In this document: one piece after another, positions 27,001 through 38,098 of the stretch | How positions within the stretch are numbered: the stretch's first letter is position 1 | Layout of the letters: each line of letters starts with the position of its first letter | Assembly (NCBI GenBank): GCA_002633005.1 | Contig: NMRA01000657.1 | Coordinates: 142,715 to 206,714, forward strand | From: Phoronis australis | Taxonomy: Eukaryota; Animalia; Phoronida | Reading direction: 5' to 3' | DNA length: 64,000 nt | Position numbers and translations under genes: made by a program | The notes under the pieces: model-generated | The model's input: the letters and a program-made list of their open reading frames with translations, nothing else | The model's database searches: none | What the model was told of the DNA's origin: nothing

Positions 27001-27004
27001 CCAT
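2930..27004 (-). CDS. Astacin-family (M12A) zinc metalloprotease with EGF-like module, poly-Gly linkers and 3 ShKT domains; 11 coding exons, ~505-510 aa
   Basis: Hand-spliced exons with GT-AG sites and consistent phases: 27004-26951, 26740-26680, 25329-25236 (or 22143-22050), 20185-20022, 17212-17028, 16189-15986, 13759-13630, 11424-11257, 7888-7698, 7067-6915, 3048-2930. Zinc motif [19 protein letters not shown], Met-turn SMMHY, mature N-terminus RQRR|NAIRQLSKRWTNNVVPY. The exon 9 phase spans an N gap and cannot be fully checked. Confidence 0.93.
4851..5250 (+). pseudogene. Decayed Cys-rich P2X7-C-terminal-like (candidate KolX) ORF inside the Kolobok element
   Basis: GYQFEPDYTDQE ... WCQRANCTIIETSDACV*CHEIPQVK ... 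LNRGVLTMFF, with a stop and frameshifts. Confidence 0.65.
5375..5550 (-). pseudogene. Decayed THAP zinc-finger N-terminus of the Kolobok transposase
   Basis: CVNNEAARKAGISFFRFPREPMMLRKWLAVVK...RVC..HF; homologous text on + at ~44771-44970. Confidence 0.65.
6915..7067 (-). CDS. Astacin exon 10, ShKT domain 2
   Basis: ICRDISRHCRYWASRNQCRLNPRYMFTYCKKSCRRCSSRTNPSRDSGSRG; |gtaagt donor. Confidence 0.9.
7698..7888 (-). CDS. Astacin exon 9, ShKT domain 1 plus poly-Gly linker (contains assembly gap)
   Basis: CKNLNTNCDYWEAKGECRNQRYKAYMEKNCRAACKVC then GGN codons across the N gap; |gtgcgt donor. Confidence 0.88.
8003..9808 (-). mobile_element. Non-autonomous Helentron (HINE/DINE-1-like) with internal TGACC-rich tandem array and multiplied 5' head
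   Basis: 5' subTIR/hairpin ACTCTGCGCGTGCAAGCGCAGAGT, (TTC/TTA) microsatellite ~9520-9590, internal repeats, inverted 3' subTIR (plus-strand ACTCTGTGCGTGC at 8038-8050), hairpin ATTATTGTCAC-GGC-GTGACAATAAT (8011-8035), CTAG at 8003-8006. Confidence 0.8.
9902..9970 (-). repeat. tRNA-derived sequence (SINE head or pseudo-tRNA)
   Basis: A-box TGGTGTAGTGG and B-box GGTTCGACCCC with a T-arm, but no paired acceptor stem. Confidence 0.55.
10503..10660. mobile_element. ~158-bp palindromic MITE (possibly Crypton-type non-autonomous)
   Basis: Near-perfect inverted arms ATAGATTATTACATG..TTATCTAGAGCCC..GGATTTTGGAGAATT; half copy at 38016-38098. Confidence 0.75.
11257..11424 (-). CDS. Astacin exon 8, Cys-rich EGF-like module plus Gly24 linker
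   Basis: RCASKRCPGEGFVGKDCKCYCPGYPVKECS(G)24E; phase 1->1; |gtgagt donor. Confidence 0.9.
12664..13310. mobile_element. TIR MITE family member starting TTAA-GGTAC, related to 47480-47755 and 50433-51247
   Basis: Shared aacttcggaa..atct..gccgattcacatgaaactttcagata terminal sequence; right boundary approximate. Confidence 0.5.
13630..13759 (-). CDS. Astacin exon 7, end of catalytic domain
   Basis: AFSTNGRRTIQTVNPKHQHLIGNRKGFSFRDVKLLNVMYNCKP; ttccag| acceptor and |gtaagt donor. Confidence 0.94.
14346..15150 (+). pseudogene. Highly decayed second P2X7-C-terminal-like (candidate KolX) relic
   Basis: Frameshifted motifs GN...E.CFC* and R.TA*QYV.WTH....LLPRNSVTVI...FSD resemble the YRQF..W..G.L....R..LPSC.V..IR..FP consensus. 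Confidence 0.35.
15986..16189 (-). CDS. Astacin exon 6, zinc-binding motif and Met-turn
   Basis: [27 protein letters not shown]...YDFTSMMHYGQY; 204 nt, phase 0->0. Confidence 0.97.
16423..16580. mobile_element. Short hAT-like MITE
   Basis: CAGGGGCGGATCCAG ... CTAAATCCGTCACTG ends with internal G/C-run hairpin; related ends at 55907-56886. Confidence 0.5.
17028..17212 (-). CDS. Astacin exon 5, catalytic domain
   Basis: SAQMSQIRSAIDDYNRYTCLRLVRRTNQRNYIRLQNGGGCSSYVGMIGGGQPVSLAYGCR; typical TCL and GCSSYVG motifs. Confidence 0.95.
18645..18868. mobile_element. Kolobok-type MITE
   Basis: TTAA on both sides; imperfect TIR AGATGCATAGTCTCATTAAAACCGCGAATAT / ATATTCACGATTTAATTAGACCACGCATCT. Confidence 0.7.
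18936..19533. mobile_element. ~600-bp degenerate foldback element
   Basis: Mirror pairs tatgtcttaca/tgtaagacata, aatgtcaaccatag/ctatggtcgacatt, atatccac/gtggatat, aatcgtcgata/tatcgacgatt. Confidence 0.65.
20022..20185 (-). CDS. Astacin exon 4, prodomain end, furin-type sites and start of catalytic domain
   Basis: RIAFEGEEDELEEARRRRRDTLSAHDRQRRNAIRQLSKRWTNNVVPYALQPGTF; phase 2->1; |gtaagt donor. Confidence 0.9.
20793..22821 (+). repeat. ~2.03-kb near-identical duplication, copy A (probable haplotype duplicate)
   Basis: Matches 23979-26014 with only scattered SNPs and a small indel; ends at the single N at 22822. Confidence 0.95.
22050..22143 (-). CDS. Astacin exon 3, copy A (same peptide, one synonymous difference)
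   Basis: Same splice sites as copy B; Ser codon AGC vs AGT. Confidence 0.75.
22823..23978 (-). mobile_element. One end of a Sola3-like DNA transposon inserted at TTAA
   Basis: Terminus 5'-GAGACAGTCC abuts TTAA (23979-23982); ~900 bp non-coding, then a disrupted ORF from ATG 23054 (MADDVDGPS*SF...HLRYSKL...PEYALVLPRVGEF) running into the gap. Confidence 0.6.
23979..26014 (+). repeat. ~2.03-kb near-identical duplication, copy B
   Basis: Offset 3186 bp from copy A; duplicated ORFs are visible in the ORF track. Confidence 0.95.
25236..25329 (-). CDS. Astacin exon 3, copy B (prodomain, RMSDMLQDNNVVLLEYDMLFKPEDWEAISQ)
   Basis: tttcag| acceptor, |gtaagt donor, phase 1->2; LLEYDM resembles the astacin Asp-switch motif; lies in the duplicated block. 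Confidence 0.8.
26680..26740 (-). CDS. Astacin exon 2, end of signal peptide and start of prodomain (AWIGCHGQTIDQMILQSMET)
   Basis: ttcttcag| acceptor, |gtaagt donor, phase 0->1. Confidence 0.82.
26951..27004 (-). CDS. Astacin exon 1, signal peptide (MASAAVWTITSICIVLFE)
   Basis: ATG at 27004, hydrophobic stretch, donor GAG|gtgagt, phase 0 matching exon 2. Confidence 0.82.
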
Positions 27005-27024
27005 TTCTGCAGAATGGCGTTTCT

Positions 27025-27063
27025 CAGTTGTGAAGTTGGGCGTTTGGATGAGAATATTTATAT
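27025..27063 (-). promoter_or_regulatory. Putative TATA-box core promoter of the astacin gene
   Basis: TATAAA at 27062-27057, ~55 nt upstream of the ATG, with an Inr-like TTCACA ~25-30 nt downstream of it. Confidence 0.5.
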
Positions 27064-29499
27064 GTTCGGGACACCGCGTGGTGCCCACAAAACGAGGCTC
27101 CCAATTTAGGTGTATCGTTCTTTTGCGTCAGACAAATTCCTGAGATCACGCCAACAGGCAATTGTGTCAAAGATTTTATAGGAACTTTGATTGTGTAACG
27201 AGGTTACGAATGGAATAAAACGTAAGTTGCGTAGCATGTGTCTTTTAAACGTTGGAAATGTCTTTCTTGCAAATCTTATCCCTTGACGCGCACTGGGGGC
27301 GCGCACTGCAAAGTGCAGGTGCACCGAATGTGCGCCTCGAAATATTACACTTCTTCACTTATGTATCTTAAAAATTTGTTTTATTGAATACCGCACTCGC
27401 GTGTATTTATTTCCTTTTACTGCCAAACGTTAAGGCACAGAGGCGTTGTGCCAAACAAAACAGTGATATGGAAATATGAAAAGGTATAATACTTCGAGCG
27501 AGGCACACTGAGCTAGCAGTAAGCAGATCGTCAAGGAATAAAATTTGCTGGAATTAGCGTTTTCCAACTGATTCATTTATACGTGTACGGAAACAGAAGC
27601 ATTTTCTTGATCAGGTCTCTTTGAAAATACTTTACGGAAATTGACGCGTTACGTGTCGTTGTTTTTTGTTTTTTGTTTTTGTTTTTTTTGCGATTTTGGC
27701 ACTTATAATAGAGTTATAAAGACACTCTCGAGGAGTGAATGCGGTGATCACAATGAAAAATGTCCAAAACTTATTTAGGGGTGCAGGATTGAGGCTAGAT
27801 TCCTTCCAAGTCTCCGAACCTCATGAATCACTGGATGAGATGATTGCGTGTAGACTTCGCCACAGTAGTTTTAATTTCAGATGGCTCATGTCAGAAAAAG
27901 GTTTGATATTTTTGTTTTTGGTAATTGCAGCGTTCTGCAGGTGTTCCGAAAACGCCAATCTCTACGTTCTAACTTCTAAGAATTACACATTTTCCCGTCA
28001 ACTTACTTACAACAACACCTAAGCGTTTCAACGTCAACATGAACTGGAATCTGGTAGTGTTTGCGTAAATGAACTTGTGACGCAACTACGAGCCAATGAA
28101 AATTCACAAGTTAAGAATCTTGAGTAGGTGGGATTCACAGCTGTTATTGTTCCGGGAATCGCTGTCAGTGCATGCTGTTCTTTTGCCCAAAACAACGTCC
28201 TGAATATTTAAAAGGTATTCAGTTCCAAAGCCTGCGAGAGAGCAGTGAGTGAGTCACTGATATTACGGGATGTCAAGAACAACGCCCAAAAGACAAACTT
28301 CTACACTTCTGTATGAGCACCGACAAGGGCCATTCTTTATACACGCAAATATGCGTTCACTTTCCTCTGGCATATGCACCTTAGAATACGAAAACGACAC
28401 ATACACCAAGCAACAAATATAGACAAACGCACAGGTAATCCGAGATATTCCTTCTAGTCACTGAGTCCGTAGAGTGTTTCACACTGCAATTACATCCATT
28501 TGGGTCATGCCTTTAAATTTTCACCACAACCGGCTTTCATCACAAATTTGCTGTCTGACAAACAACAGGACTAGGTTCCGTGAACGTAAGAATCTCGAAA
28601 GTAAAGCTAGTATGATCACGTGCTTTGCTTGCAATGCGAGATCTCGCGTGATTTTGAGTTTTCGCGATGTTTCCGCGTCCCCGGAATTCAACCCAGGTTT
28701 TTCAAAGAATGCACCTCAACTGTGAATTGAAACATTTACTAATTTGTTACCGGAAATGGGTTGACGTAACAATACAGCTCAACGTTCTCTCCGGGTAACT
28801 TTTCGTTCAGCATGAAAGGGAAGGGAGTTGGACGAACTTCAGGACCATTTGTGAAGACTACTCAGGTGAAAACAAAAATAGCAGCAGTTCGAGGGCTTTC
28901 CGCGATTAAACTAACCTGGGCAGCCTTTCGCAGACTCGAGAACACCCTCTAAAAGACAAGACCGCTCAAGAACAAGGAAAATCTTGCGTGAGAATTGCCA
29001 ATGTTTAGCAAGTATGCTTGAGATGTTAATCGGATAACGTAGGGAAATGGTGCTATAATGGAGTGATTATTAGTGGTTAGGGTTGGAATAGTCAATCGTG
29101 AGACAGAATTCACTTTTTTCTGCTCCATAAGCTGAGGGACGATTTCTCGCAGTAAATGCATGATTGATTTCCTGAGTGTACGGAACGCAACCCTGGGTCG
29201 TTACTAGAAAGTTGTGATATGCGAGGCTAAATAGATCAACATTGCGATCAGTGGATGTTTGCGTGGAGCATTATTTGTTTCCTCCGTCACCTAATTGTCA
29301 CCAGCCTACGGGTGAACAACTTGAAATGTAATATTAAAAAATCAGCAATATGTTTTTGAACCTTGTAAGAGTGCGTTTCACGACGCGAGAACCTCCCAAA
29401 AACGCAAGACTTCATTATGAATGTCAACATAAACGTTTTTAGAGATGGTGTGCATTGCACTTGGTCATACGAGTGTTTCACTATTTCATGCGGTTGTGC

Positions 29500-29765
29500 G
29501 AACGCAATGAACTCGTCAATCCTGAAGTCGCTGATATAAACGCTTAGCCCCTTCAAATGGCGGATTTCATAGTAAAACGTGTTTATTAGTAATTCAGTCA
29601 TGCGTTCACACAAGTGGGTTTCACTTATGCAAAGGAGTGCAATGTACCCATGTGGAGTCTGCATGTGGACGCACTCTTCAAATATAGAGCTGGGTTGCTA
29701 TGAAATCCGCCATTGCCATTGTACTATGACTTGAGCGTGATCAGTGACTTCAAGATTCACGCGTG
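29500..29765. repeat. Degenerate inverted repeat (foldback MITE core)
   Basis: aatcctgaagtcgctgat...aatggcggatttcatag mirrored by ctatgaaatccgccatt...atcagtgacttcaagatt. Confidence 0.6.
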
Positions 29766-32316
29766 AATTCTACAGCGTCGACGATTGTGATACAATTGTA
29801 TGAACGTTTTTACGAGTGCTCTCATGGTGGATGTTGGTGGAAACAGTAACGAATTTTAGCATGTTGCTTTAAGTGCGATGACGTGTTGAGACTCCCTTTC
29901 TCTAGTGTTCTTACGTAATGTTTTTAAAGCAAGATGTTTATCGAGTCTGTTCAATGTTCGTTTAATTCAAGCCAACCAGCGCGCTTCAAGATCGTAAACA
30001 GAAGTCGATTGCAACACCAAACCACTGAACGACCTGACAGTCACGTGACAAGCAAACGTCAGTCTTTTGGGAGATGAAACTTCATTGGAGACGATGGAGT
30101 CAAGCAAATCGCAGGCACGGGTTTGAAAGTGCATCTCAAGTTTAGAACAACAATGTTATTGGGTTTGCGGACATTCTTATGAATTCAGTACTTGTGCAAT
30201 GATCATGAATCATGTCGAACATTAAAAATAATATTTCTCATTAAATTGCGAAGATACAAATGAAGCACGAGTTAACAAACAACCCCGGGTATCCGGTGTG
30301 CTGGAAACGATCCGAGAACCAGTTACCACTACATCTCGCGGAGGTCTCCTTTTGCGAGACTATTTCATTTGTTTATTTCACTATCAAATATCGATTGTGT
30401 ACTATTTGCAATTGCTAGGTTTTTTATACAGATCATCTTTAAGGCGTCGGAATACAAACCTTGTTTCCTTGTATATCAGTTGCGTCAGCCTACCATTAAA
30501 ACACCTTTTTTCAGAAAAATGGTTTTCTCGCGTTATGGTTGGGCAAAAGGGACGCAAACTTAGGGTTGGATAAGATACCATGAAAAAATATCATGAGTAT
30601 TCGCTTAACTTTGAAAAAAGAAAAGTTCAATTTCGTCGTCTACTAAACAGTGGAGGCTGGAAGTCACAATATATGAACGTTCATACCGTCTAGTCATTAA
30701 TGAGTAGGCTACAAACATCTTTCTACGCCTTAGCTCCCAGCGCTTACATCCAAGGGTCTATGTAGTTTACTTTCAGTGCCACTTCAGTGTAGGAAAGTTC
30801 GAATATCATGACAAACATATATCTTTAGAAAGTGTGATGTGCAACTGTCTTGATGTTTTCAGTGATCCAATTTTGCAAAAAAAAATTTACCTGAACTGTT
30901 TTCTTTCTGTTGTGGGAAATGTGTTTTTATTCTACATAAAAATCAAATGTGGTGTTAAAATTTGCGCAATTGTTTAAATGTTAGTCACCTAATTTCCCAA
31001 ATCAAGATTGTTAAAATCGAGTGGATTTTTATGTCATGGCAAATAACGTTTTAGATAAATCTGTTCAGCGTTTGAACTGGAAAACTTGTGCACTGCCGGG
31101 AAGATTCCAAGAATAGCTAGCGCCAACAAACAGTCGACTCAAGCCCACCGCTGGCGAGAAGGTCGTGCAACAGCAAAGCCGGCAAAGGCATGTCGCACCA
31201 TGCAACAAAACTTCTACAATGTGATTTTGGCCATATATCACTCTAAGCGCTACCTCATGGTGCCGCATCTGGTCCTGTGAATTCAAGCGCACTGCGACAC
31301 ATAATTATTCAAGATTCCGAACCTTTCACGCTCGACTCGTAGATGACGCCAGACGAGCTTCATCTATATACATCATCGATGATGCATTTGTTACCGCATG
31401 AGGGTGCTGTGAAGGGACGTAACTGGCTGGTCTATTGAAATCGGCGACAACGATTGTGGACGTCACGCTTTTCAGTGATTGACACTTTTTTCCTTGTTCT
31501 TTTTCCGTTTATGATTGGTCTGCATAAAACGTCTTAACGCTATTATTCGCAACCAGTGTTTGTAGCACAAAGATTGCGGACTGGACTACTGTTGTGTTTA
31601 TATGTTCCTGCACCCTGGCTGGCTGGAACTTTCCACTGACAAGAGATCAGCAAACTGTGACGCAATCACAGTCGCGTTAAAGTTCACACGTAGCGAAGAG
31701 TAGAGTAATCTTGCCTGGATAAACACATAATTGTTGCCCTGCAGAGTCTACTGCCGGCTAACACATGTTTGAAATTATGTATATAAACATGGCCTTGCGA
31801 CCAGTAAGAACCTGAGGAACAAACAACACTGAACGTGTTTTGAATTTTCAAATCCAGCCGGCAGGATGCCCATTGCCCAGGTAAGAGTAGAGGCAAAAGC
31901 AGCGAAGACAGAGGAAAGCAAAATAGTATTTGCACTTTTCGCGAAAACTCTTCATGAGACAAATCTTACGCTAACATTTGGGGTTTTGTTACAGGTGTAA
32001 GCGAGTCTAAGCCAGACTGTGACCAACCCGTCATAATTTTATCACGAGGTAACGTAACCTTAAACCTCAACACAAAAAATTATAATTTTCTGATAAATTC
32101 CTATGTTCATATCTTAACTTTGATTTAGCCGTTTATAGAAATCGAAATAAATTCAAAGAAGACACACTTTTCAGATTTTTTTCACCAACCATTTTTCTCC
32201 GTCGTATCTCTTCTATTTCTGTCCAGTATTAAGCTCCGCCCAATGACCAAATTACACTTTCCGTAATTTCCGCCATCAGCCGACCGCTACCGAGCGTTTT
32301 TTATTCAAATATTGGA

Positions 32317-33381
32317 TGTTGACCAAGACCCTTATGTACATCTGACGCATGCTGGCGCCCCTAGTGGATGTCCACGAAACGAGTTCGTGGACCAGTTGGT
32401 GGAAAACCTTGGCCAGCGAACCGATTTGTATTATAGGTCAATGAGTCATTGTTTTTTGTAGAAACATAATCTCCGAAGAAAAGAATGAAATGTAATATCA
32501 ACTTCATGTAGATATTTGTAAATGTCATATTAATGGTTATCAGTCACCAATTAGGAGATGTGAAACGATGCCGGCTATGGCCTGGGGCCGGTGTCTTTTT
32601 ATCATAAAACACTACAGAAAGTTTTCGAGCATCTTTTGTTTTTCGTTCTGGCTATGCCAGTGAACCACAGAATACTATTTACTACATGAAATGCTAAACG
32701 TTTTCCCACCAGTTAATAAAAACAGTTTTGTCAAATAAGAAAATCGCAAGCATGAATATCCAAATAAAAAAGTGCTGTAGCCGTGTTTTGTGAAAATATT
32801 AACATCTGGGAATTCATAATTCATTAAAAACTTTCTGTGAATTTTTGACTGATGTTGATGTTTTGTATTGAAATGGATACATAAGAATCAGAATATCGCA
32901 GGCTGTAAAAGGGTAGTTCAATTAGGATAATAGTGCCCAGACAAATGGTAACTGGACTCAGGGTGATGACACCATTTGTATGCCAGGCCGTGCTGTTCTT
33001 GAATGGAACTATTTAAGGATATGTAGGTGAATCTTTGGCAAATGTGAGTCGATTTTGAACAAAAACATACCGTTGTGGTCGACATAACTTTTAAAATTAA
33101 AGAGAAAAATTAAATAATCAAATGCACTCAGCTGAGCAAAGTTATTTATTATGCCGCAACCTCAGAATTCTAAGTAACATATCACAAATACATTCTTAAT
33201 TTTGAACTTTTGAGGATTGAAGAAAGTTTCAATACAGAGCATCATTTGTTACAAATCAATCTGCGACTCGTGTGATGCTACTTGCCATCAGTGGTGAACT
33301 CGGTTCACGAATTTTCATGAACTCCACTGAGGGTGCCAGCATGCGTGTGACGTCAGAGGTACAAAGTGTCTTGGTCAACAT
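32317..33381. mobile_element. ~1.06-kb non-autonomous TIR element, superfamily unassigned
   Basis: ~70-bp imperfect TIRs ATGTTGACCAAGAC..GTAC.TCTGACG..CATGCTGGC.CCC..AGTGGA; AT-rich non-coding interior. Confidence 0.7.
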
Positions 33382-33828
33382 TCACCATTCTGCAACGTTC
33401 ATAAGACTTGTGAATCGTATCTAAAATGTGAGCAATGGCGTAATCTATTGTTCGTTGAATGCGCATGCGAGAAATGTACCACTGTTACATTTTACGAAAC
33501 CAACGTCATATCCCAAAGTAAATGACCATAATCACGAACAAGTGGTGTCTGACACGGCCGGGGTAGTTTTCACGGGTATTTTTGGACGACGGGTGCCGCA
33601 CGAAAATTTGGACATCAACTCATTTAATGAGTAGGCTCGAACAAAAAAGTTACCTATTTAAAGAGTAATTTTGTGTAAATAATCGCATTTTCGCACAGTT
33701 CTGTTCCATAAATTCAGAAAAGACACCTTTGAGATAGTATGGAAAAACAGAGCCCTTTTGGGCGACACTTTTCGTATACCTCTTCTATAGCAATACCTTC
33801 CGGCTGACACGGCATGAATTTGGCATAC

Positions 33829-33883
33829 CATTATCATTATTACTGTTATTATTATTGTCGTTATTGTTGTTGTTGTTGCTGTT
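33829..33883 (+). repeat. (TTA)n/(TTG)n microsatellite
   Basis: Direct inspection. Confidence 0.8.
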
Positions 33884-33942
33884 GACGAGGACAGAGTGCA
33901 AATACTCGCAATACATGCTTATCAAAGTTTCTAATACATCAT

Positions 33943-36719
33943 CACCGCGGCCAACCCGCGATCGAGAACGCCGGGAAGGCGATCAAGAACGAGACCTTGC
34001 ATCAAAATTGGCAGACGATAGTGACGTACCTGGTGAATTTAAGTGTAATTTTCTTCTTAAATAAAGGCTACTTTGGTACTAATGCGACACATAAAAAAAC
34101 GTCAGAGTGTAGCCTTTGTTGTGGATCTGAAATAACATTTGGCTTTTGCTTATTTTTCAAAATAAAGAGCTCACTCAGAAAGCAATGGCTTTCAGTAAAA
34201 TTTCGTGCGCCTCGTAAAATCGGCAATTTCTACTTGTTATTAGCAATTCCAGGATTCTTAAGTAGATACGTGTGACATTGATAGTTTAATTGTTCCTGGT
34301 GACACCTTTGTTAGTTATGATTTGTGAAACAATTCGAGATATTTACCAATGCAAGCAGGATATTGTGTGAGACGGCGATCGGGAACGAAGTCGTTAGTCG
34401 TGAACGCACTTTTGTCCCTGCATTGGCCTGAATAGTCGTTCAAGTTACGGTATTACGCCAATAATACGGACCCTAAATTAGTTGACGTTTTTTCATGATT
34501 TCTTTGTGAGATTTAACTTAACACTTATAACTGAATGCGTTTGATTTTTAGTTGAACTGTAGCCACACGAGTCCTTCAGTGTTAACGTCCACGCTTTCAA
34601 AAAAGAATTTGTGGAGCTTCGTTCAGGAACTGAGAAATCGACCACATGGCAGTATCACATAGTGACACTACAGCAAACAAGACCTTTACCAGCAGTGGGA
34701 TTGGCGTGATGCATGCGTCAAGAGTTGTTTACCGATATAGGAAAAACAAAACGTAAAGCATTGCTCAAGTCGATTCAGTGTCCTATCTGTGATCAATGTT
34801 TCACGGAAAAAGTGAGCTCGACGAGACACATTGCGTCACAACACGAGGGCACGCCTTTTTATGGTGAATGTGGCATGTTATGTAAAGAGTATGCCTCCTT
34901 CTACAGGCATAAGAAGCAGAAACGTCATCAATGATATCATTAAATCCAGTGGTGAAGGTTTTTAGTGACTATAGTGTATTCAGATTTACATAGTTTATGG
35001 TTGGTACTTGTCTGATTTGATAATAGTTTGACGTTTTGTATTGAACCTTTTTCCCTCAAGTTACTTTCTATATTTGTGTTATTTCAACAGGATGTTTTAC
35101 AGAACCAGTGCATTTTTTGCAGTGTTTAGGTAGATTTAAATGGCTATACTAAGTGTCATTGGGCAATACTTGCATACAATTGTTCTGACCAATTAGTATT
35201 TTAAAAGAAAATACATGTCTATGATTATTGTATAAAGTGCTTTCATGTTCAGTGTTGTTGATTTCCTGTGAGAGGCTATTATACTATCAATCAGTTAGAA
35301 ATACTTTGTCTAAGATTCAGTGATGATTTAGTCTAATACGTTCCAAAAGTAATTCGTAAGAAATGTTCAATGGATTTGTAATGCTGATCTCCCTTAAGCA
35401 ATATTTTTTTATTTTTGTATGGCCAATTTTGAGGTATGTGTGATAAAAGATTAACATTATAATATAAATGCCATAATATTGTTGTAGATTTCCTGTCTAA
35501 ATCACTACAGTGTGTAGTTGAAGTGGCGTTAAAGACAACATGTTGACAACGTTTCGAGAAAATCACAATACAGTACGTGTGTTATAACTGCCTCAATCTT
35601 TTTCAATGTCACATTTAACTGCAGATCATGAACTGAAGATGCACGGTGAACTTAGGACCAAGACCACAACATAGAAGAGTCAAACACAAGGTATATTCAA
35701 GCCACACGGGTGCCACATGTCAATCTGTTCATCTCTGTATCGATGTTGTCAGTAAAACACCAAGTAAAATCCAACCCGTTTTATCAGCACATCAGTTTAC
35801 ACAACTTCGGGCCAATTTTTAGATCCCAGACGTTCATGAGTAGGAATCTTTGAATCATTTCGTGGATGATGTTACCGCACTTCTCTCTCTCCCCATGGGC
35901 AAGCTCATCATCATTCTTTGACTTCACTGGCTACTTTTTTCCTTTTGCTGTCACAATTTTGCAAGAAGATTCTACACTGGCTTTCATCTGTTGCAACAAT
36001 TTGCTTACCCCTGGCTGACACGCCATAAACTCCTTTGTGAGTCTTCAGTTTAGAACTCCTTGTTCCCAGTTAGTGGTTTCGTCTAAAAGTAGATGTCTGT
36101 ACTTGAAAACCCTGGTAGGGTATACCTTCAGGTCGTGGGTAACATGTTCGTTGAAGCTCTCCTCACAATCACAGTGAACATGTTCCCTGAAAAGAAAATA
36201 AATTCATTTGTGAAAATGTCTATCACTAAAATAGTATGCTTGATGTACATGTAGTGCTCATGGCGATTTATTATGCTATGTTGTTGTTCAGTGTTGATAC
36301 AAAAGTAACACAGTAATGACACAAAAATGTGATTAATTCATTGCACCACACTTATTTTGTAACTTTTTCATGTTTTATTAAGTTCATTATTGTTCGACAC
36401 ACCACGATGCGTTCCCGATTGCTTATCTTCTCGTTCTCGGTCACATCTTTCAACAGAAAAGTGTTGAAAAATCAGAGATCCTGACAAAACTACAAAAAAA
36501 CTTCATGGTCATTTAATTGATTTGGTGCCAAAAATAACTACAATTTGCCAAAGTGACATACAAATCACCTTCGGTTCATGCGATGCCTAGGTCAATGTAA
36601 CTTTTCTCCAATAATTGGAATATATACTAGCCTAAACCTCTACCTGCCCTTCCTCAATATGTTACGCCTTGAACTCATGTCTCTGTTTTCACGTTCTCGG
36701 TCGCGGGTTGGCTGGGGTG
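33943..36719 (+). mobile_element. EnSpm/CACTA (CMC)-type transposon, decayed
   Basis: TIR CACCGCGGCCAACCCGCGATCGAGAACG / CGTTCTCGGTCGCGGGTTGGCTGGGGTG, 2-bp TSD AT, CAC..GTG ends; C2H2 finger remnant CPICDQCF..RHIASQH..ECGMLC..FYRHKKQKRH at ~34770-34930. Confidence 0.75.
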
Positions 36720-37459
36720 ATCCTGGTTCTCAAAGATTTTAAAACCAATATTGAATGTTTTCGCCGAGCTTCCCATCCTGAACAGCGAGTGCTGCTTCAA
36801 AAGAATTCTAAAAATGTTCCTAGGTTCAACCTCAATAATGTTGTGAGAAAGACCGGTGTGGATGCAGAGTAGGCCTACTTTTTGGAAACGAAGAGGATGA
36901 GATTTAAAATCATGTTCAGATTTGCCCCAACTTCAAAAAATGCTGTACTGTCGGCAAGCATGGTATTGTTTGTGATATAACTAATACGACCAAGACGGTT
37001 AGCTTTTCTATCAAATTGGCTTCCAAAATTAATTCTTCGAAAAAATTTTTATTGCAATCGTTTTTTCCCGAAGAAATACCATAAGTATTAGCCGAAATTC
37101 GATGTCATTGTTTCTGTTGTGCTTACCAAGAGTAGTGTGTTTATCGTTATGCCGGATTGGTTTACGACCTGTGAGCGCCAACAAAAGAATGCAAGAATAC
37201 TTCAATAACAAACTTGTTACCTGATGATGGAAACTCCCATCGTCTGGAGTTCAAACTGCACGGGCTACATTTTTGACAAAACTATTCATGTTAAAAAGCA
37301 ATGGAAAGCACACAGGGACACATCTATAAATTTGACCAGGCACACTTGAGAGAATTCATTCAAGCAATTCGCGAAAAAACCGTTAAGTGGATAAAACGTA
37401 TTCCTCCGTGTGGCAAACTAAATACCATGCAAATTCATGAAATTTGGCGTCGCTTTGAA

Positions 37460-37628
37460 TTCGTAAAATGTAGCAATGATACATTTCTCGCATGTGCATA
37501 CGACGTAAAATGTAACAATTACATAAAATGTAACAACTTCCTACAATTTAGCAACGTAAAATCTAACAATGACGTAAAATGAAACAGTTCTTACATTTTA
37601 CGAAATTGTTGCATTTTACGGCGTATCA
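37460..37628. repeat. Small foldback built from ~18-bp ACGTAAAATGTAACAA units
   Basis: About five direct units followed by two inverted units (ttacattttacg, ttgcattttacg). Confidence 0.6.
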
Positions 37629-38015
37629 GTGCACTTCTCAATCACTACCGAGTGTTACTGCCGATTTCTCGAGTTGAGATTTTGAACATTGATTTCTCGG
37701 CGATGCGTGAACGGATTGCTATGGAATCTCGGAGACTTGCTAATTGGTACCTTCCAAAGGGAACTGTGTCTCAGAATCTCGATTTAGGTTTTTGGAGCGA
37801 AGCCTTCATAAATCAAGAGTACGGCTGTTTTTGCTCAAATTACTCTCACAATTGGATAATAAAAAGACACAGTTCCTTCCAAAACACCGTTTATAAGTGA
37901 CCAATATCATTGGACGAACAATATTTTGAAAATTTCTGTTCGAAGTAAATTTTTTTTTACAAAAACGCATATCTTGTAAAAAATAAAGACAATTAAATAA
38001 GAATAATAAATTTTG

Positions 38016-38098
38016 TAAATATAGATTATTACATGGCGAAGTTGTTATCTCCCGTTATCTAGAGCCCGAATGGATTGTGGAGAATTATCTCCCCGAGG
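38016..38098. repeat. Half copy of the 10503-10660 palindromic MITE
   Basis: taaatatagattattacatggcgaagt..ttatctagagcccga.tggatt.tggagaattat. Confidence 0.75.

Noticed and set aside
28380-28460. Hydrophobic minus-strand stretch as astacin signal-peptide exon
   Set aside because: No in-frame ATG and flanking stops; 27004-26951 fits better
34713-34934. Host C2H2 zinc-finger gene
   Set aside because: Degenerate second finger, early stop, and located inside TIR/TSD-bounded EnSpm-like element
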